Positions 28,947 to 39,264 are shown, counted from the first letter of the stretch. The stretch: DNA of 64,000 nucleotides from an uncultured virus (IMG/VR IMGVR_UViG_3300040758_000220) (IMGVR_UViG_3300040758_000220); one strand, 5' to 3'. Notes: a model not told the origin generated them from the letters alone. Numbers and translations are program-made.

Positions 28947-29159
28947 CGCGCCACCTCACGGCCGGCGGCGCTCTTCCTCCACATGCCGATCAATCGGCGC
29001 CCCAAACGGCACCATGAGCGCGCGCAAGCCGCCCTGCTTCCAGTGGTGATCCGCTGAGCGGCTACCAGGAACGCGCGGACGGAACGCCCCTTAGACCCGA
29101 CGCCAGAGTTGAGTGAGGCGACTGCCACGGCGGACCACCTCTCTCATAACGAAGTTGCA

Positions 29160-30299
29160 TCAAAGGGGCTGAATCATCACAACGTCGTTCAGATTCCCCA
29201 AGGTCAGCGCAATCGAGGCCAGCGTGGTCGGCACCGCTCCGCCCGGCAGAATGACCGCCGACGGGGCCGTGAGGAACAGGCCGGGGTCGATCACCACCGG
29301 CGCCGAGAGGCCACCCAGCGAGGATGTGACCACCGTGATCGCGCCGGCCCGCGGCTTGAAGTTGGTCATCTCGACCGCGGGGTTGATGATCGCGGACACG
29401 CTGGTCGTGCCGCCGCCGCCCGTCGTGATGACGCCGGCGGGTTCCGCGACGTTGCCCCAGCCGGCACCGGCCGCCACCGCGGACGCCGCCGTGATGGTCT
29501 GCATGACCAGCGGCGTGATCGTGGCGCCGGCTCCGGCACCGCCCGCCGCCGTCAGCGTCAGCGCCGAGATGGTTGAAAGCGGCGCGCCGTTGTTGGTGCA
29601 GAGCGCGCCGGTGATGACGCTGGCGTTGCCCGCGTTCAGGATCAGCGTGACCGTCGCCTGGGTGATCGTGCCGGCGTTCGGATCGAACGGGTTCGGCAGG
29701 ATCACGCACGGCACCGTCGAGGTCAGGTAGCCGGCCCCGAAGTTCGTCAGGCTGACCGTGGTGACCGAGGTGCCGGTGAGCGCGCAGTAGCCGGTCGCCG
29801 GGATGCCAGGCGACGGCGGCAGCGTGATGTGCAGAATCGGCGGCAACGAGTAGCCGGACCCGCCCGCGTTGATGGTCGAGACCGACAGCGACCCGCCGAC
29901 GATCGCCTGCCACGTCGAGCCGCCCACATTGGCCGTGATGGTCGCCGTCGCGGTCGCGAACCCGGTGCCGCCGCCGGCGACGATCGCCGCGACCGGGCAG
30001 CCCGTCAGGTTGGCGATGCGGCGCGTGAACCCGTCCGAGGTGATGTGCTGCACGCCGCCCGAGACGCGCCGGTCGAGGCGCCAGACGCCGGTAACCGGGT
30101 CGAGCCATTCCAGGACGCTGTTCGCGCCCGTGTCGAACAGGATGCCGTTCGTGCCCGTGGCGGGCAGCACGATCGAGCCACCCGGCGGCAGGCCGAAGAA
30201 GTTCGACTGCACGTCGTATGGGGCCTGATTCAGATTCGGAGGATAAAGGGGTGCTGGTGTCGGAAGCGGAACCCCAGGCCCAGAGATAATTTGTGCCAT
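29160..30299 (-). CDS. Capsid decoration/minor structural protein
   Basis: Directly after the capsid gene; Thr/Gly-rich with GGSGY repeats. Confidence 0.55.
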   Translation of the reverse strand: MAQIISGPGVPLPTPAPLYPPNLNQAPYDVQSNFFGLPPGGSIVLPATGTNGILFDTGANSVLEWLDPVTGVWRLDRRVSGGVQHITSDGFTRRIANLTGCPVAAIVAGGGTGFATATATITANVGGSTWQAIVGGSLSVSTINAGGSGYSLPPILHITLPPSPGIPATGYCALTGTSVTTVSLTNFGAGYLTSTVPCVILPNPFDPNAGTITQATVTLILNAGNASVITGALCTNNGAPLSTISALTLTAAGGAGAGATITPLVMQTITAASAVAAGAGWGNVAEPAGVITTGGGGTTSVSAIINPAVEMTNFKPRAGAITVVTSSLGGLSAPVVIDPGLFLTAPSAVILPGGAVPTTLASIALTLGNLNDVVMIQPL

Positions 30300-30314
30300 T
30301 TGTTTCGCTCCCGA

Positions 30315-31370
30315 TCAGTACGCGTTTCCGCCAAATCCGTACACCCACGCCCCCGACACGCTCTTCGCCGAAATGAAGTCGTATCCGAGCACGACGATAC
30401 CCTGCTGGCCGATCTGACCCAGCGGCACCAGCGAATAGAAGCCGGAGAAGTCCAGGGCGGCATCCTCCGAGATATAGATGCCACTGTACTTGCAGTCGCA
30501 CGCGAACAGGTTCCCAACCGGCGTGAAGTGATCCGCGAAGATCGGAATCCCCGAGACATTCAGGTTCGGGAACGATGAGCGGATCGGCGTGTCGGCGGTG
30601 TAGGCGCGGCCCGGCGTGGTGAACGCTTCCTCGATCCCCTGGAAGTCGTTGTTCAGCGTCGAGTAGTCGGCGGGATTCATCACCACGAAGGTCGGGGCCT
30701 CGCCGCCGGCTGTGTCGGTGATCTTCGACAGCAGCGACGACATCGCCTTGCGGTTCCAACCCAGCGTCGCCGTGCTGTAGGTCGTGTTCCAGGTCGAACT
30801 GGAACCCGCGTTGATGTACTGGCCCTGGAACGCCGAGTTGCCAGAGGCGGTGCGGTTGATGCCGCCGTAGGTCGGGACGTTGGTGCCGTTGTCGAACGCG
30901 TCGATGAAGCTGTTCGGATACGTCGGCTGCGCCGAGTTGTTCGTATACAGCAGCCGCGCGATATTCTGGCGCGTCACCGCGTAGGCGTCGTTCATGCGGA
31001 CCTTGAGCAGCGACACCTCGCGGTCGGTCGCCTGGAGGATGGTCTCGCCGAACGGCAGCGGGATCGGAACAACCCAGTACGCCAGGTTCCACTGGCCGTT
31101 CTGGACGCCGGGGGTTACGACTGGCGAATTGAATCCGCCACCGTAATTTGTGAAAGAACCTTGCACCACGCTTTGCCCTTGCAAAGGTATGGTTACCTGG
31201 TTCAAGCCGCCGGCGGCCTTCTGCGCGTTCCCCCAGAGATAGAACAACGATGGGGAAGCGAAATAGATCTGTACGAACAATTTTCTGACGAAAGCGCGCC
31301 TGGTGACCGAGGTCAGCTCATTGTAGACTGAACCAGCGGAAGGGGCCACACCTATGCCCGGAAGCGGCAT
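30315..31370 (-). CDS. Major capsid protein
   Basis: 351 aa, downstream of the scaffold; TYGGINR motif; strongly biased codons. Confidence 0.85.
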   Translation of the reverse strand: MPLPGIGVAPSAGSVYNELTSVTRRAFVRKLFVQIYFASPSLFYLWGNAQKAAGGLNQVTIPLQGQSVVQGSFTNYGGGFNSPVVTPGVQNGQWNLAYWVVPIPLPFGETILQATDREVSLLKVRMNDAYAVTRQNIARLLYTNNSAQPTYPNSFIDAFDNGTNVPTYGGINRTASGNSAFQGQYINAGSSSTWNTTYSTATLGWNRKAMSSLLSKITDTAGGEAPTFVVMNPADYSTLNNDFQGIEEAFTTPGRAYTADTPIRSSFPNLNVSGIPIFADHFTPVGNLFACDCKYSGIYISEDAALDFSGFYSLVPLGQIGQQGIVVLGYDFISAKSVSGAWVYGFGGNAY

Positions 31371-31388
31371 TTAATTATACTCCCACTG

Positions 31389-31417
31389 TTGACATAGTCA
31401 TCCCAGCTTCGTATGGT
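31389..31417 (+). promoter_or_regulatory. Sigma70-like promoter for the antisense HNH gene
   Basis: TTGACA-N17-TATGGT. Confidence 0.6.
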
Positions 31418-31449
31418 GCGGGCGTGACCACCGAACCAAGGAAACTGAG

Positions 31450-32286
31450 ATGCCTATGAAGAGTTACGTGTCCACTCGCCCTTGCGCGCAGTGTGGGGCG
31501 ATGTTCACCACCACCCGACACCGCGAGCTCGAACGGAGATTCTGCGCTAGGGCCTGCGTCCTTGCTTACGAGACGGCCCACGGTCGCGAGGCCGCTCGCA
31601 AAGAACCTGTTGAGTTCACCTGCAAACAGTGCGGCAGCCCATTCTCGATGAAGCCGTCGTACGTTGCGGAGTACCGTCGGCGTTTCGGAAAGGACCCGAT
31701 GTACTGCTCGATTCCATGCAGCGCTCTCGGTCGCAAAGCCGATACGATGGCCCGGAGCACTTTCGTCTGCCTCGAATGCGGGAAAGAGAACCCGATGAAG
31801 CGGTACGAGGGTGAGGGCCGCACGGTCTATTACCGGCAGCAGAAGTTTTGCGATCAGGTCTGTAAGTCCGCCTACCAGGCTACCGCCGCCAAAACTCGTT
31901 TTGAGGCTGGAGACTACAGCAAGTTCACTGACGACCGCGGTTACGTGCAAATCCACGTCCCGACCAAGGTCGAAGGCAAGAAACGCTCCGCTCTGGAGCA
32001 TCGGCTGGTCATGGAAAAGCACATCGGTCGGCGTTTGTTCCCAGAGGAAACGGTTCACCATATCAACGGCCAGAGGGGGGATAATAGGATTGAGAACCTC
32101 TGCCTGTTCTCCTCCCGTCACGGCCCCGGCCAGCGCGTCACCGACAAGATCGCCTTCGCGATCGAGATGCTGCAACTCTACCCCGAGTTCGCCCGCGAAG
32201 CCGGCTGGATGTTGGTTCCCGTGGAACATCCTACCGCCGCGACCCCTGTTGCTGCTGCGCCCGGAAGTCCTTCAACGCCGCATTGA
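31450..32286 (+). CDS. Free-standing HNH endonuclease with Zn-ribbon repeats
   Basis: EHRLVME...[21 protein letters not shown] motif; three CxxC...FC/YC units. Confidence 0.88.
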   Translation: MPMKSYVSTRPCAQCGAMFTTTRHRELERRFCARACVLAYETAHGREAARKEPVEFTCKQCGSPFSMKPSYVAEYRRRFGKDPMYCSIPCSALGRKADTMARSTFVCLECGKENPMKRYEGEGRTVYYRQQKFCDQVCKSAYQATAAKTRFEAGDYSKFTDDRGYVQIHVPTKVEGKKRSALEHRLVMEKHIGRRLFPEETVHHINGQRGDNRIENLCLFSSRHGPGQRVTDKIAFAIEMLQLYPEFAREAGWMLVPVEHPTAATPVAAAPGSPSTPH

Positions 32287-32887
32287 TCTCGGCGTTCAGC
32301 GCGCCCTCGTCCTCGCCCTTGGACGCGATCATCGCCTTGACGAACTTGTCGTCGTCCGGGATGTTGTCCATGAAGCCCCAGGAGCCGGTCGAGTTCGGCT
32401 GGACCGGTTCGGCCGGCGGATGCAGCTTCTCCCAGTGCGCGGCGGCGATTTCGAGATCGGCGATGCCGTTCTTCTCGGCGTGCGCCACGATCTCGGCGAT
32501 GCCTTCGTCGCGCCAGCCTTCCTGGCGCAGCGCGGCCTTCTGGCGCGTCCAGTTGGCCTCGAAGTCGGCGACCAGCTTGGCCTGCCGTTCGGCTTCCTTC
32601 TCCGCCTCGCGCGCGGCCTTCTCCGCCTCGCGCTCGGCCTTGGCGGCGGCACGTTCGTCGGCGGCGGCCTGCTTCTCGGCCGCCATCGCCGCGCGGATTT
32701 CGTCCAGCGTGCTGTTGATCGGGGCGGCGGCGTCGATCTCGGGGATGACGGCGTTCGGATCGGCGGTCTTGCGGGCCTGAAGCAGCAGCTTGCGCGCCGC
32801 CGGATTGGCCAGCATGCCGTTGACGGCGCGGATCGTCGCCTGGCTGGCGAGGAATTCCGACTCGTCTACTTCGCGGGTGGCCATCAA
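32231..32887 (-). CDS. Capsid scaffolding protein
   Basis: Charged coiled coil immediately upstream of the capsid gene. Confidence 0.7.
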   Translation of the reverse strand: MMATREVDESEFLASQATIRAVNGMLANPAARKLLLQARKTADPNAVIPEIDAAAPINSTLDEIRAAMAAEKQAAADERAAAKAEREAEKAAREAEKEAERQAKLVADFEANWTRQKAALRQEGWRDEGIAEIVAHAEKNGIADLEIAAAHWEKLHPPAEPVQPNSTGSWGFMDNIPDDDKFVKAMIASKGEDEGALNAEINAALKDFRAQQQQGSRR

Positions 32888-33204
32888 CGACTCCCTGCAT
32901 TGGCCATGGCATAGACCTCCTCGGCCATTTTCACTCTGGCAAAGTCATCATCAGTCCGCGCCACACCATCGACATGCGACGCGACCGGAACCTTCTGCCG
33001 GGTCTTTGTCAGCAGCGCGTTGCGATACACTGCGCAGGCGTCCTTGAACCGAGCCTCGGCGTATTCCTGCGTCTCGGCTCCGGACATTGCCAGTGGGCAG
33101 ATGAACATCTCGGGATCGCCCGGCCGCTTGATGACGACCCACCAATTCGAGTCGTCGGGCGCCGACCTGATCTGCTCATCGATGCTGCCGGTGTAGTCGG
33201 CCAC
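32884..33204 (-). CDS. Hypothetical protein
   Basis: Coupled ORF. Confidence 0.5.
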   Translation of the reverse strand: MADYTGSIDEQIRSAPDDSNWWVVIKRPGDPEMFICPLAMSGAETQEYAEARFKDACAVYRNALLTKTRQKVPVASHVDGVARTDDDFARVKMAEEVYAMANAGSR

Positions 33205-33207
33205 CGG

Positions 33208-33381
33208 TTAGCCCTTCGATCCGGCGTTCGGGACGTGCGAGATCGCCATATCGCCGGACTTCTCGCCCGCCGGCAGGTGCGACTTGCGGCCACCGATGTC
33301 GAGCTGTTCCATGTCCACGCGGACGATCTGCTCGTCGGACTTCGGGACGGATTTTGTACTATCCTGAAAGATATTTACCAT
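33208..33381 (-). CDS. Small phage head-region protein (MVNIFQDSTK...)
   Basis: AGGAGG RBS, 57 aa; not in the ORF track. Confidence 0.6.
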   Translation of the reverse strand: MVNIFQDSTKSVPKSDEQIVRVDMEQLDIGGRKSHLPAGEKSGDMAISHVPNAGSKG

Positions 33382-33394
33382 TCGTATCGTCCTC

Positions 33395-33796
33395 CTACGC
33401 TGCCATCGCTGGCGAGGGGGTCGGCGGCGGTGCGCCGGGCGGTCTCTGCGCGCCCGCGACGGCGGCCTGCTGCGGCGCCATCTGGGTGTGGCGGAGTGCC
33501 ATCTGCTTCATGAAGTTCTGCTCGCCCTGTGGCGAGGCGGCGCCGGGCGGGATGTTCTTCCCGACATCGGCGATGGCTTTGTTGAGCGACTGGCCGAGCG
33601 GCGTCTCCGGCCCGACCATGGCCATCACCATCGCCATGCCCTTCAGCAGGGCGCCCGCCGCTTGGATTCCCTGCGCCATCTTCCCGAGGTTCTGGGACGG
33701 TCCTGTCGCCGGGGAGGAGCCGATAGGCGGCTGACCCGGTTGAGGTGCCCCAGGCGGGGTTGCTGGCGCGGCGGCGGACGGCTGCGTTCCGGACAT
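33395..33796 (-). CDS. Pro/Gln-rich head-region protein
   Basis: Composition and position upstream of the scaffold. Confidence 0.6.
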   Translation of the reverse strand: MSGTQPSAAAPATPPGAPQPGQPPIGSSPATGPSQNLGKMAQGIQAAGALLKGMAMVMAMVGPETPLGQSLNKAIADVGKNIPPGAASPQGEQNFMKQMALRHTQMAPQQAAVAGAQRPPGAPPPTPSPAMAA

Positions 33797-33822
33797 GGCG
33801 GGTTGGTGGTTGGACTCAGGGC

Positions 33823-33882
33823 CTACTTGCGGCCCTTGCGGTGCATCTTCCGCTTCGCGCGGACGCCGAAATCAGCGGCCAC
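33823..33882 (-). CDS. Tiny basic peptide (MAADFGVRAKRKMHRKGRK)
   Basis: GTG start overlapping the preceding micro-ORF. Confidence 0.4.
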   Translation of the reverse strand: MAADFGVRAKRKMHRKGRK

Positions 33883-33913
33883 GACGGTGAGACTTGCGCT
33901 TGTAGCGGATCAT
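33872..33913 (-). CDS. Tiny basic peptide (MIRYKRKSHRRGR)
   Basis: AGGAG RBS 7 nt upstream of the ATG. Confidence 0.5.
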   Translation of the reverse strand: MIRYKRKSHRRGR

Positions 33914-34112
33914 GGTTGATCTCCTACTTGGGTTGCACGATGCCCAGGCGCTCCTCGTTATGCCGCCACCCGGACCGGACCCCGGCTCGGGAGACTCATC
34001 ACTGTCTGGGCGCGCGTAGTTGCGGACGGGTTGTGGCGGGTGGCAAACGGTTTGGCGGCATGTCGCGCCTATGGGGCTTGTGCGGCTTATTGAGACGGGT
34101 TATTGTGGGGGT

Positions 34113-34310
34113 ATGACGAGGCCGAGCGCGGCAGACCCCGAGCAATACCTGACGCCGAAACGCGGCGCCCACCTTGCCGGCATTTCGGTCCGGTCGCTCT
34201 ACACGCGGTTACGCGGGCCGAACCCGCCGCCGTTCAAGCGCCGGGGGAAATGCTATCTGTTGCCGATTCGGGAATTTACGGAATGGGCGATGCAGGATTG
34301 TATCGAGTGA
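34113..34310 (+). CDS. Excisionase/AlpA-like HTH DNA-binding protein
   Basis: YLTPKRGAHLAGISVRSLY...PPFKRRG...F.EW. Confidence 0.7.
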   Translation: MTRPSAADPEQYLTPKRGAHLAGISVRSLYTRLRGPNPPPFKRRGKCYLLPIREFTEWAMQDCIE

Positions 34311-34540
34311 TCCCCCTCCGAATCGCCGGCGCCAACTGTGTGATGAAAGCGGCGCATGGGCAGGAAGACACCGTGCGCGACCTCCACGTCATCATAACGG
34401 ACGGATGTTGCGTCTCGCGGTGGGAGCCGACCCCCGATGAACTCGCCAAACTAAATGCTGGTGGCAGCGTTGAATTGTGGGTTCTTGGCCGACAACCGCC
34501 AGTGTTTCTTGGCGTCGCTGACCATGTGGGCACAGAATGA
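34307..34540 (+). CDS. Hypothetical phage protein
   Basis: SRWEPTPDELAKLNAGGSVELWVLG..PPV motif; GTGA coupling. Confidence 0.6.
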   Translation: MIPLRIAGANCVMKAAHGQEDTVRDLHVIITDGCCVSRWEPTPDELAKLNAGGSVELWVLGRQPPVFLGVADHVGTE

Positions 34541-34893
34541 CCCAACGCTCCGCCCTCCCCATCCACGGCACCTACACGCCAGCCAACTACCCGCGCACCC
34601 ACCGTCGGCAACTGAGCGGCATCTACGTCTACAAGGACAAGACGCTGGTGTCCTACCACCATCCGGGACACAAGAAGCGGTTCAGCATGAAGTTGGCTGA
34701 CTGGAACCAGTGGGTGAGGACGGCGGGGGCAGTGTGCGAGCCGTGGAGGCCGCCCGCGAAAGAACGGAAACCGCCCGCGCTATCGCCCGACGCCAGTCCG
34801 GTTGCTGACGCATCTCAATCGCCATCCAGCCCTGATATCGAACCTCTTCCAGCGCCTCTGCCGCTTCCCAGTGCGCCGACAGCGGCGCCTTGA
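34537..34893 (+). CDS. Hypothetical protein
   Basis: ATGA coupling; 3' part overlaps the convergent isomerase remnant. Confidence 0.45.
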   Translation: MTQRSALPIHGTYTPANYPRTHRRQLSGIYVYKDKTLVSYHHPGHKKRFSMKLADWNQWVRTAGAVCEPWRPPAKERKPPALSPDASPVADASQSPSSPDIEPLPAPLPLPSAPTAAP

Positions 34894-35290
34894 AATCTCC
34901 CAGGTCTGGCTGCGAGGCGTGATAGTGCGCCAGCACGTCCGCCGAATCGCGGATTGCGGTCCCGATAGAGTCGCCAGCCAGATCGACGCACGCGGTATCG
35001 AGATGCACCCGCAGCCCGGGACGATCGACCTCGCGCACCATCTTCCAGACCTCGAACCAGTGCGTCAGGAAATCCCCGCCATAGATTTCCGGCACCGGTT
35101 CCAGCCCGATCACAACGCCATGGGCGGCGTCGGCGAGCGACCGCAGCTTGGCAACCGCCCGGTCCCACGCGACGCCCAGAGGTAGGTTCCCGCGCCTCCG
35201 GTTGGCCGGCGCGCCGAACACCATCACGCCGGCACCGAGGGCGTGCGCGACCTCGGCCATCCGGGCGAAATGGTCGCGGAGCAAGAGCAT
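34682..35290 (-). pseudogene. Sugar phosphate isomerase/epimerase (xylose-isomerase-like TIM barrel), N-terminally truncated by the IS end
   Basis: VFGAP.NRR, LEP...YGGDF, HLDTAC, HYHASQP and IEM motifs; begins immediately after the IS right end. Confidence 0.75.
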
Positions 35291-36543
35291 CTGACATCCT
35301 CTCGACCCCTGAAGGGCCGAGGTTCCTAGGCGGCTCACGCTGCCAACTCCAGGATGGTTCCTGCTTCAACGGGCCGCTTAGTGCGGTGCCCCTCCACAGG
35401 CTTCAACGCGCAGTCCGCGCGCCGTAGTATGTTGATCGCCGCGTTCGTGTCGGCATTGGCTTCGTGGGCACAAGCGACGCACACAAACCGCGCCTGATCG
35501 AGCCGACTGGCGATATCGACCACGCCGCACTCCGAACAAGTCTGGCTGGTGTAGGCCGCTGGCACTTCAATTAGTCTGCCGCCACGATCCGCCAGCTTGT
35601 AGCTGAGGAACCGGCTGAACATGCCCCATCCTTGATCGAGGATGGCGCGGTTCAATCCGGCCTTCTGCCGCACCTTTCGGCCGGGTGCCTCTGCTGTGCC
35701 TTTCGCAGATGCGGACATGTTCCGCACCTTCAGCGCCTCCACAACGACGATACCGTGGTTCTTGGCAATGTCGGTTGAGACCTTGTGGAGAAAGTCCTTG
35801 CGGGCGTTCGCCACCCGCAACTGTATCTTGGCAACGCGACGGATAGCCTTGCGCCGGTTGGACGATCCGCGCCGCTTGCGGCTCAGTACGCGCTGAGCGC
35901 GCCGCAGCGACCGCAGCGCCTTCTTGCCGTGGTTGGCGGGTGCAATAGATGTGCCGTCGCTCAGAGCAGCGAACACGGCTATGCCGCGATCTATACCGAC
36001 CGATGGCAGTTCGCTCGGCGCTAGTTCAGCCGCTTTCTGTTCCCACTGAATAGCGACGTGCCATTGCCCCGCGCAGCGGGAGACCGTCGCGTTGCAGATA
36101 TCGCCGGGTATTCCATACCACCCACGAAGGCTGATCCAGCCGAGCTTCGGCAGTTTGATCCGGCCAGATGATTTGCCGGTGCGCTCAACTTTGATCGAGA
36201 TGGGATCGGGAAACCGGAAGCTATCGTTGACGCCCTTCTTGCGGGGCGTCGGCGCCTCGGCACGACCTGCCCACCAATTCATATAGGCGCGATCGAGGTC
36301 CTTCAGCGCCTGCTGTAGCGTATGCACCGGGCACGCCTTCAGCCAGCCCACCTCGGCCCGCAGCATGGTGACTTCGCGACATTGGCTGGCGAAGGAGAAC
36401 TTGCGGCCGGGCCGATACCAGTCGCGGCGCTGCTCCAGGGCGACGTTGTAGACGAACCGGCAGGCGCCAGCGATCTGCGCCATCTGAGCACCTTGCTCTG
36501 ACGTGGGATACAGCCGGAAAAGATTGGCCTTACGGTCAACCAC
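35291..36543 (-). mobile_element. IS200/IS605-family remnant (tnpB plus right end; no tnpA or left end)
   Basis: Right-end hairpin CTCGGCCC-TTCAG-GGGTCGAG followed by AGGATGTCA(G). Confidence 0.75.
35335..36543 (-). CDS. tnpB: RNA-guided endonuclease TnpB
   Basis: FRLYPT..Q, GACRFVYN, GIDRG, VVEAL, YTSQTCSECG, NADTNAAINI; RuvC D/E/D intact. Confidence 0.95.
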   Translation of the reverse strand: MVDRKANLFRLYPTSEQGAQMAQIAGACRFVYNVALEQRRDWYRPGRKFSFASQCREVTMLRAEVGWLKACPVHTLQQALKDLDRAYMNWWAGRAEAPTPRKKGVNDSFRFPDPISIKVERTGKSSGRIKLPKLGWISLRGWYGIPGDICNATVSRCAGQWHVAIQWEQKAAELAPSELPSVGIDRGIAVFAALSDGTSIAPANHGKKALRSLRRAQRVLSRKRRGSSNRRKAIRRVAKIQLRVANARKDFLHKVSTDIAKNHGIVVVEALKVRNMSASAKGTAEAPGRKVRQKAGLNRAILDQGWGMFSRFLSYKLADRGGRLIEVPAAYTSQTCSECGVVDIASRLDQARFVCVACAHEANADTNAAINILRRADCALKPVEGHRTKRPVEAGTILELAA

Positions 36544-37477
36544 CCACAATCTCCAATACCCGGTCCGCCGCCATGAAAATCCCGCTGATTTTGCCTGAGA
36601 GCACCGATATCACCTTGCCCTGCTGGAAAACACGGCACGCCCTGCCTTCCGATAGTCCGGGCATCTTGGTTTTGTCCGAGATTTGCGGCCCCACGAAGCG
36701 GAAGATGTCGTGAAACGTCGGGAAGTGGCGGGCGACCTCATCCTCCATGGCGGCGCGTTTCGCTTCCACGTCCACGACCCCGTCCACCGGCGTGTGCCGC
36801 ACCGACGCCAGCGTGAAAATATCCGGCTCCTCGGTCGGATAGATCGCGCACAGCGGACCGTAGACCAGCATCACCGCGGGGAATGGCTGATTTGCGTGGT
36901 AGCGCAGCAGAATCGCCTGTTCATAGAAGATTTCTATCGGAACCGGGCAGAGATGGCCGTAGGTCGCATCGACCACGCGATCGAACGCCGCGACATCGGC
37001 CAGCGACACCGCACGGCCAAATTGCGCGACACCCGCCAGCCGGCGGGTAAAGTGCGCCCGCGCCTTCGCGGTCAGGATCAGCCGTTCACTGACCTGGATG
37101 CAGCCTTCGATGCCGGTCAGGAAGTCCGGCGCCGGCACGATGGTGAATGGCAACCCCGCCGCCTTCATGATCGTGCAGTAGGTCCGGAAGTCGAGCAGCG
37201 AGTCCCGCTCCGGCACCGCGTACAGGTTGACGGGAATCTCCCTGGTCAAGTGCGGGTAGGCTTGCATGAACCGATAGAAGCCGGCCCATGCCTGGACGCG
37301 CGTCTCGTGGTTGCAGGGGTAGTGGAAGCCTTGATGAAGGCGGAACTGGTTGTTGCCGGACGCCTCGTGCAGCAGTTCGTGGTTGCGCTCGAACAGCGTT
37401 ACGTCGTGATTGTGGTCCAGGAGGATGGTGGCGATGTGCGCGCCGAACCAGCCGCCGCCGATGATGGCGATGCGCAT
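36536..37477 (-). CDS. FAD-dependent oxidoreductase
   Basis: MRIAIIGGGWFG Rossmann motif, ASGNNQFRLHQGFHYP, SGKI; TAATG-coupled to the portal gene. Confidence 0.85.
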   Translation of the reverse strand: MRIAIIGGGWFGAHIATILLDHNHDVTLFERNHELLHEASGNNQFRLHQGFHYPCNHETRVQAWAGFYRFMQAYPHLTREIPVNLYAVPERDSLLDFRTYCTIMKAAGLPFTIVPAPDFLTGIEGCIQVSERLILTAKARAHFTRRLAGVAQFGRAVSLADVAAFDRVVDATYGHLCPVPIEIFYEQAILLRYHANQPFPAVMLVYGPLCAIYPTEEPDIFTLASVRHTPVDGVVDVEAKRAAMEDEVARHFPTFHDIFRFVGPQISDKTKMPGLSEGRACRVFQQGKVISVLSGKISGIFMAADRVLEIVGG

Positions 37478-39264
37478 TACCGCCGCCGCCCCCCGCTGTG
37501 TTCGAGTAATTTTGCGTAAGCTTCCGGGTTCGACTGCTGCAACTGCGCCAACAGTTGCGCTTGCCGTTCCTCTTTCGCACGCAGCCGCGTCAGCAGGATA
37601 TCGCGGTTCTGGAACGGCGCCTGCTCGATGTAAGACTCCGGATCGACCACGCCCGCCTTCAGCCCGTTCGTCAGCAGGTTGAGGTGGTCATTCGCGAAGA
37701 TCGGTGACGTGGTATGGCCATCGACCACCATCCGGCCGTCGTCAGGGATGTCGCCCAGCAGGAACTGCGTCTCGACGGGCTTCTTACGGTCGGTCCAGTA
37801 GGCGCGGCCGTCCTTGACCTGCGCGACATGGAACAAAAGATCGGCGGCCGACGCGCACTGTCGCTCGGTGATGAGCGCGCGGTCGCCGATCGGCGCGCCC
37901 GCCGTCTTCATCATCGGCGTTGCCTGCACGCCGGAGCGGACGCCGCTCTCGCCGCGGCCCGAAAGCATGTTGTCGAAGCCGCTGATTTGTTCCATTAGTT
38001 GAATAATCTTGTCCACCAGCGGCAGCGCCTCGGCGGGGAACTTCGGCGTGAGGTCGTTGACCGACCCGCCCTGCCCGAGATTGAGGAATCCAGCCTGCCG
38101 CATGGCGTCGTACTGCTCGTCGGTGATGCCGTCGCCCACGATCGCCAGGAACTTGTCCACCTGCAACCCGAACAGCCGGCGGATGTCGGCGGCGGTCGTG
38201 GAGAGGAAGTCCTGCGGCGCGATCAGGTCGTTGATCTCCGACCGCCCCCAGATGCTGCCATGCGTCTGGTTCGGCTGGATCAGCGTGTAGGGGTGCAGCC
38301 CGGACTCGATGCCAGAGACCAGCAGGTTGGACCGCTTGTAGCGCGGCGCGATCAGGATATCCGGCTCGATGATCTGGATCGTGGTGTAATCGTTCTCTCC
38401 CCACATCCAGAGTTCGTGCATCAGCACACCCAGCGCGGCGTCGGTCGGCCCGATGCCGCCGAATGTCGGGTCCTGGTTGAGTTGCACGATGCCGCCGACC
38501 GTGGGCCGCGTCGGCCCGCCGATGCCGGTCTGGATTTGCGAGGTCGAGAGAACCTGGTGGAAGAAACTGTTGTTGATGTCCGACGACGTGCCGGGTGCCG
38601 CATGCTGCATGATGCGGTCGAACAACTGCCTTGCGTCCGGCATGTGCCAGATGCGGCGCCAGACCTCGGGCATGGTGAGATAGATCGTCTCGACCATTGC
38701 CGCCTGGGCATCGAGGCTCGCCATGCTCGGCTTGTAGACGCCGAACTGCCACGGCATGATGAGGCCGGAGCTATAGACCGGCACGCGGTCCGGGCCTTCC
38801 TGCTTGACAGTTTGCTTGAGGATCGCGGCGCCGTATTTCAGCGATTCGAACACGCCCTGGGCGAACAGGATGTCGGTGTTGCTCCGCTCCCATGACCGCG
38901 CCACCAGCCGCGACGCCACCATGCCGCGTTGTAGGATTTGGTCGTCGTACTCGTTCTCGAAATCCATCGCGAAGCGGATTTCGGTGGGGGAGAACAGCAG
39001 CGAGGACAGCCGGTCAACCATCCGGTACAACAGGTTGAGCATCGACCGGGCGCCGTCCGACCGGCCGGTCTCGATGACTTGGTTGAGCGCGCGGTAGTAG
39101 GCGGCGCGCGCTGCCGAGTCGGAGCGGCAGGTTTCGATGATCTTGAGGGCTTCCCGGACAAGTTGGCGGTTGTCGGCGGGGAGTTCTACGAACGCCTCGG
39201 GCCGCGCCGCCATGGACTTGCGGCGGGATTCGAAGGGGATGATCTCGGCGGTGGTGGTGCTCAT
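37477..39264 (-). CDS. Portal protein
   Basis: 595 aa downstream of terminase; WGRSEI..L...Q and EQISG...GRGESGVRS patterns. Confidence 0.85.
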   Translation of the reverse strand: MSTTTAEIIPFESRRKSMAARPEAFVELPADNRQLVREALKIIETCRSDSAARAAYYRALNQVIETGRSDGARSMLNLLYRMVDRLSSLLFSPTEIRFAMDFENEYDDQILQRGMVASRLVARSWERSNTDILFAQGVFESLKYGAAILKQTVKQEGPDRVPVYSSGLIMPWQFGVYKPSMASLDAQAAMVETIYLTMPEVWRRIWHMPDARQLFDRIMQHAAPGTSSDINNSFFHQVLSTSQIQTGIGGPTRPTVGGIVQLNQDPTFGGIGPTDAALGVLMHELWMWGENDYTTIQIIEPDILIAPRYKRSNLLVSGIESGLHPYTLIQPNQTHGSIWGRSEINDLIAPQDFLSTTAADIRRLFGLQVDKFLAIVGDGITDEQYDAMRQAGFLNLGQGGSVNDLTPKFPAEALPLVDKIIQLMEQISGFDNMLSGRGESGVRSGVQATPMMKTAGAPIGDRALITERQCASAADLLFHVAQVKDGRAYWTDRKKPVETQFLLGDIPDDGRMVVDGHTTSPIFANDHLNLLTNGLKAGVVDPESYIEQAPFQNRDILLTRLRAKEERQAQLLAQLQQSNPEAYAKLLEHSGGRRR

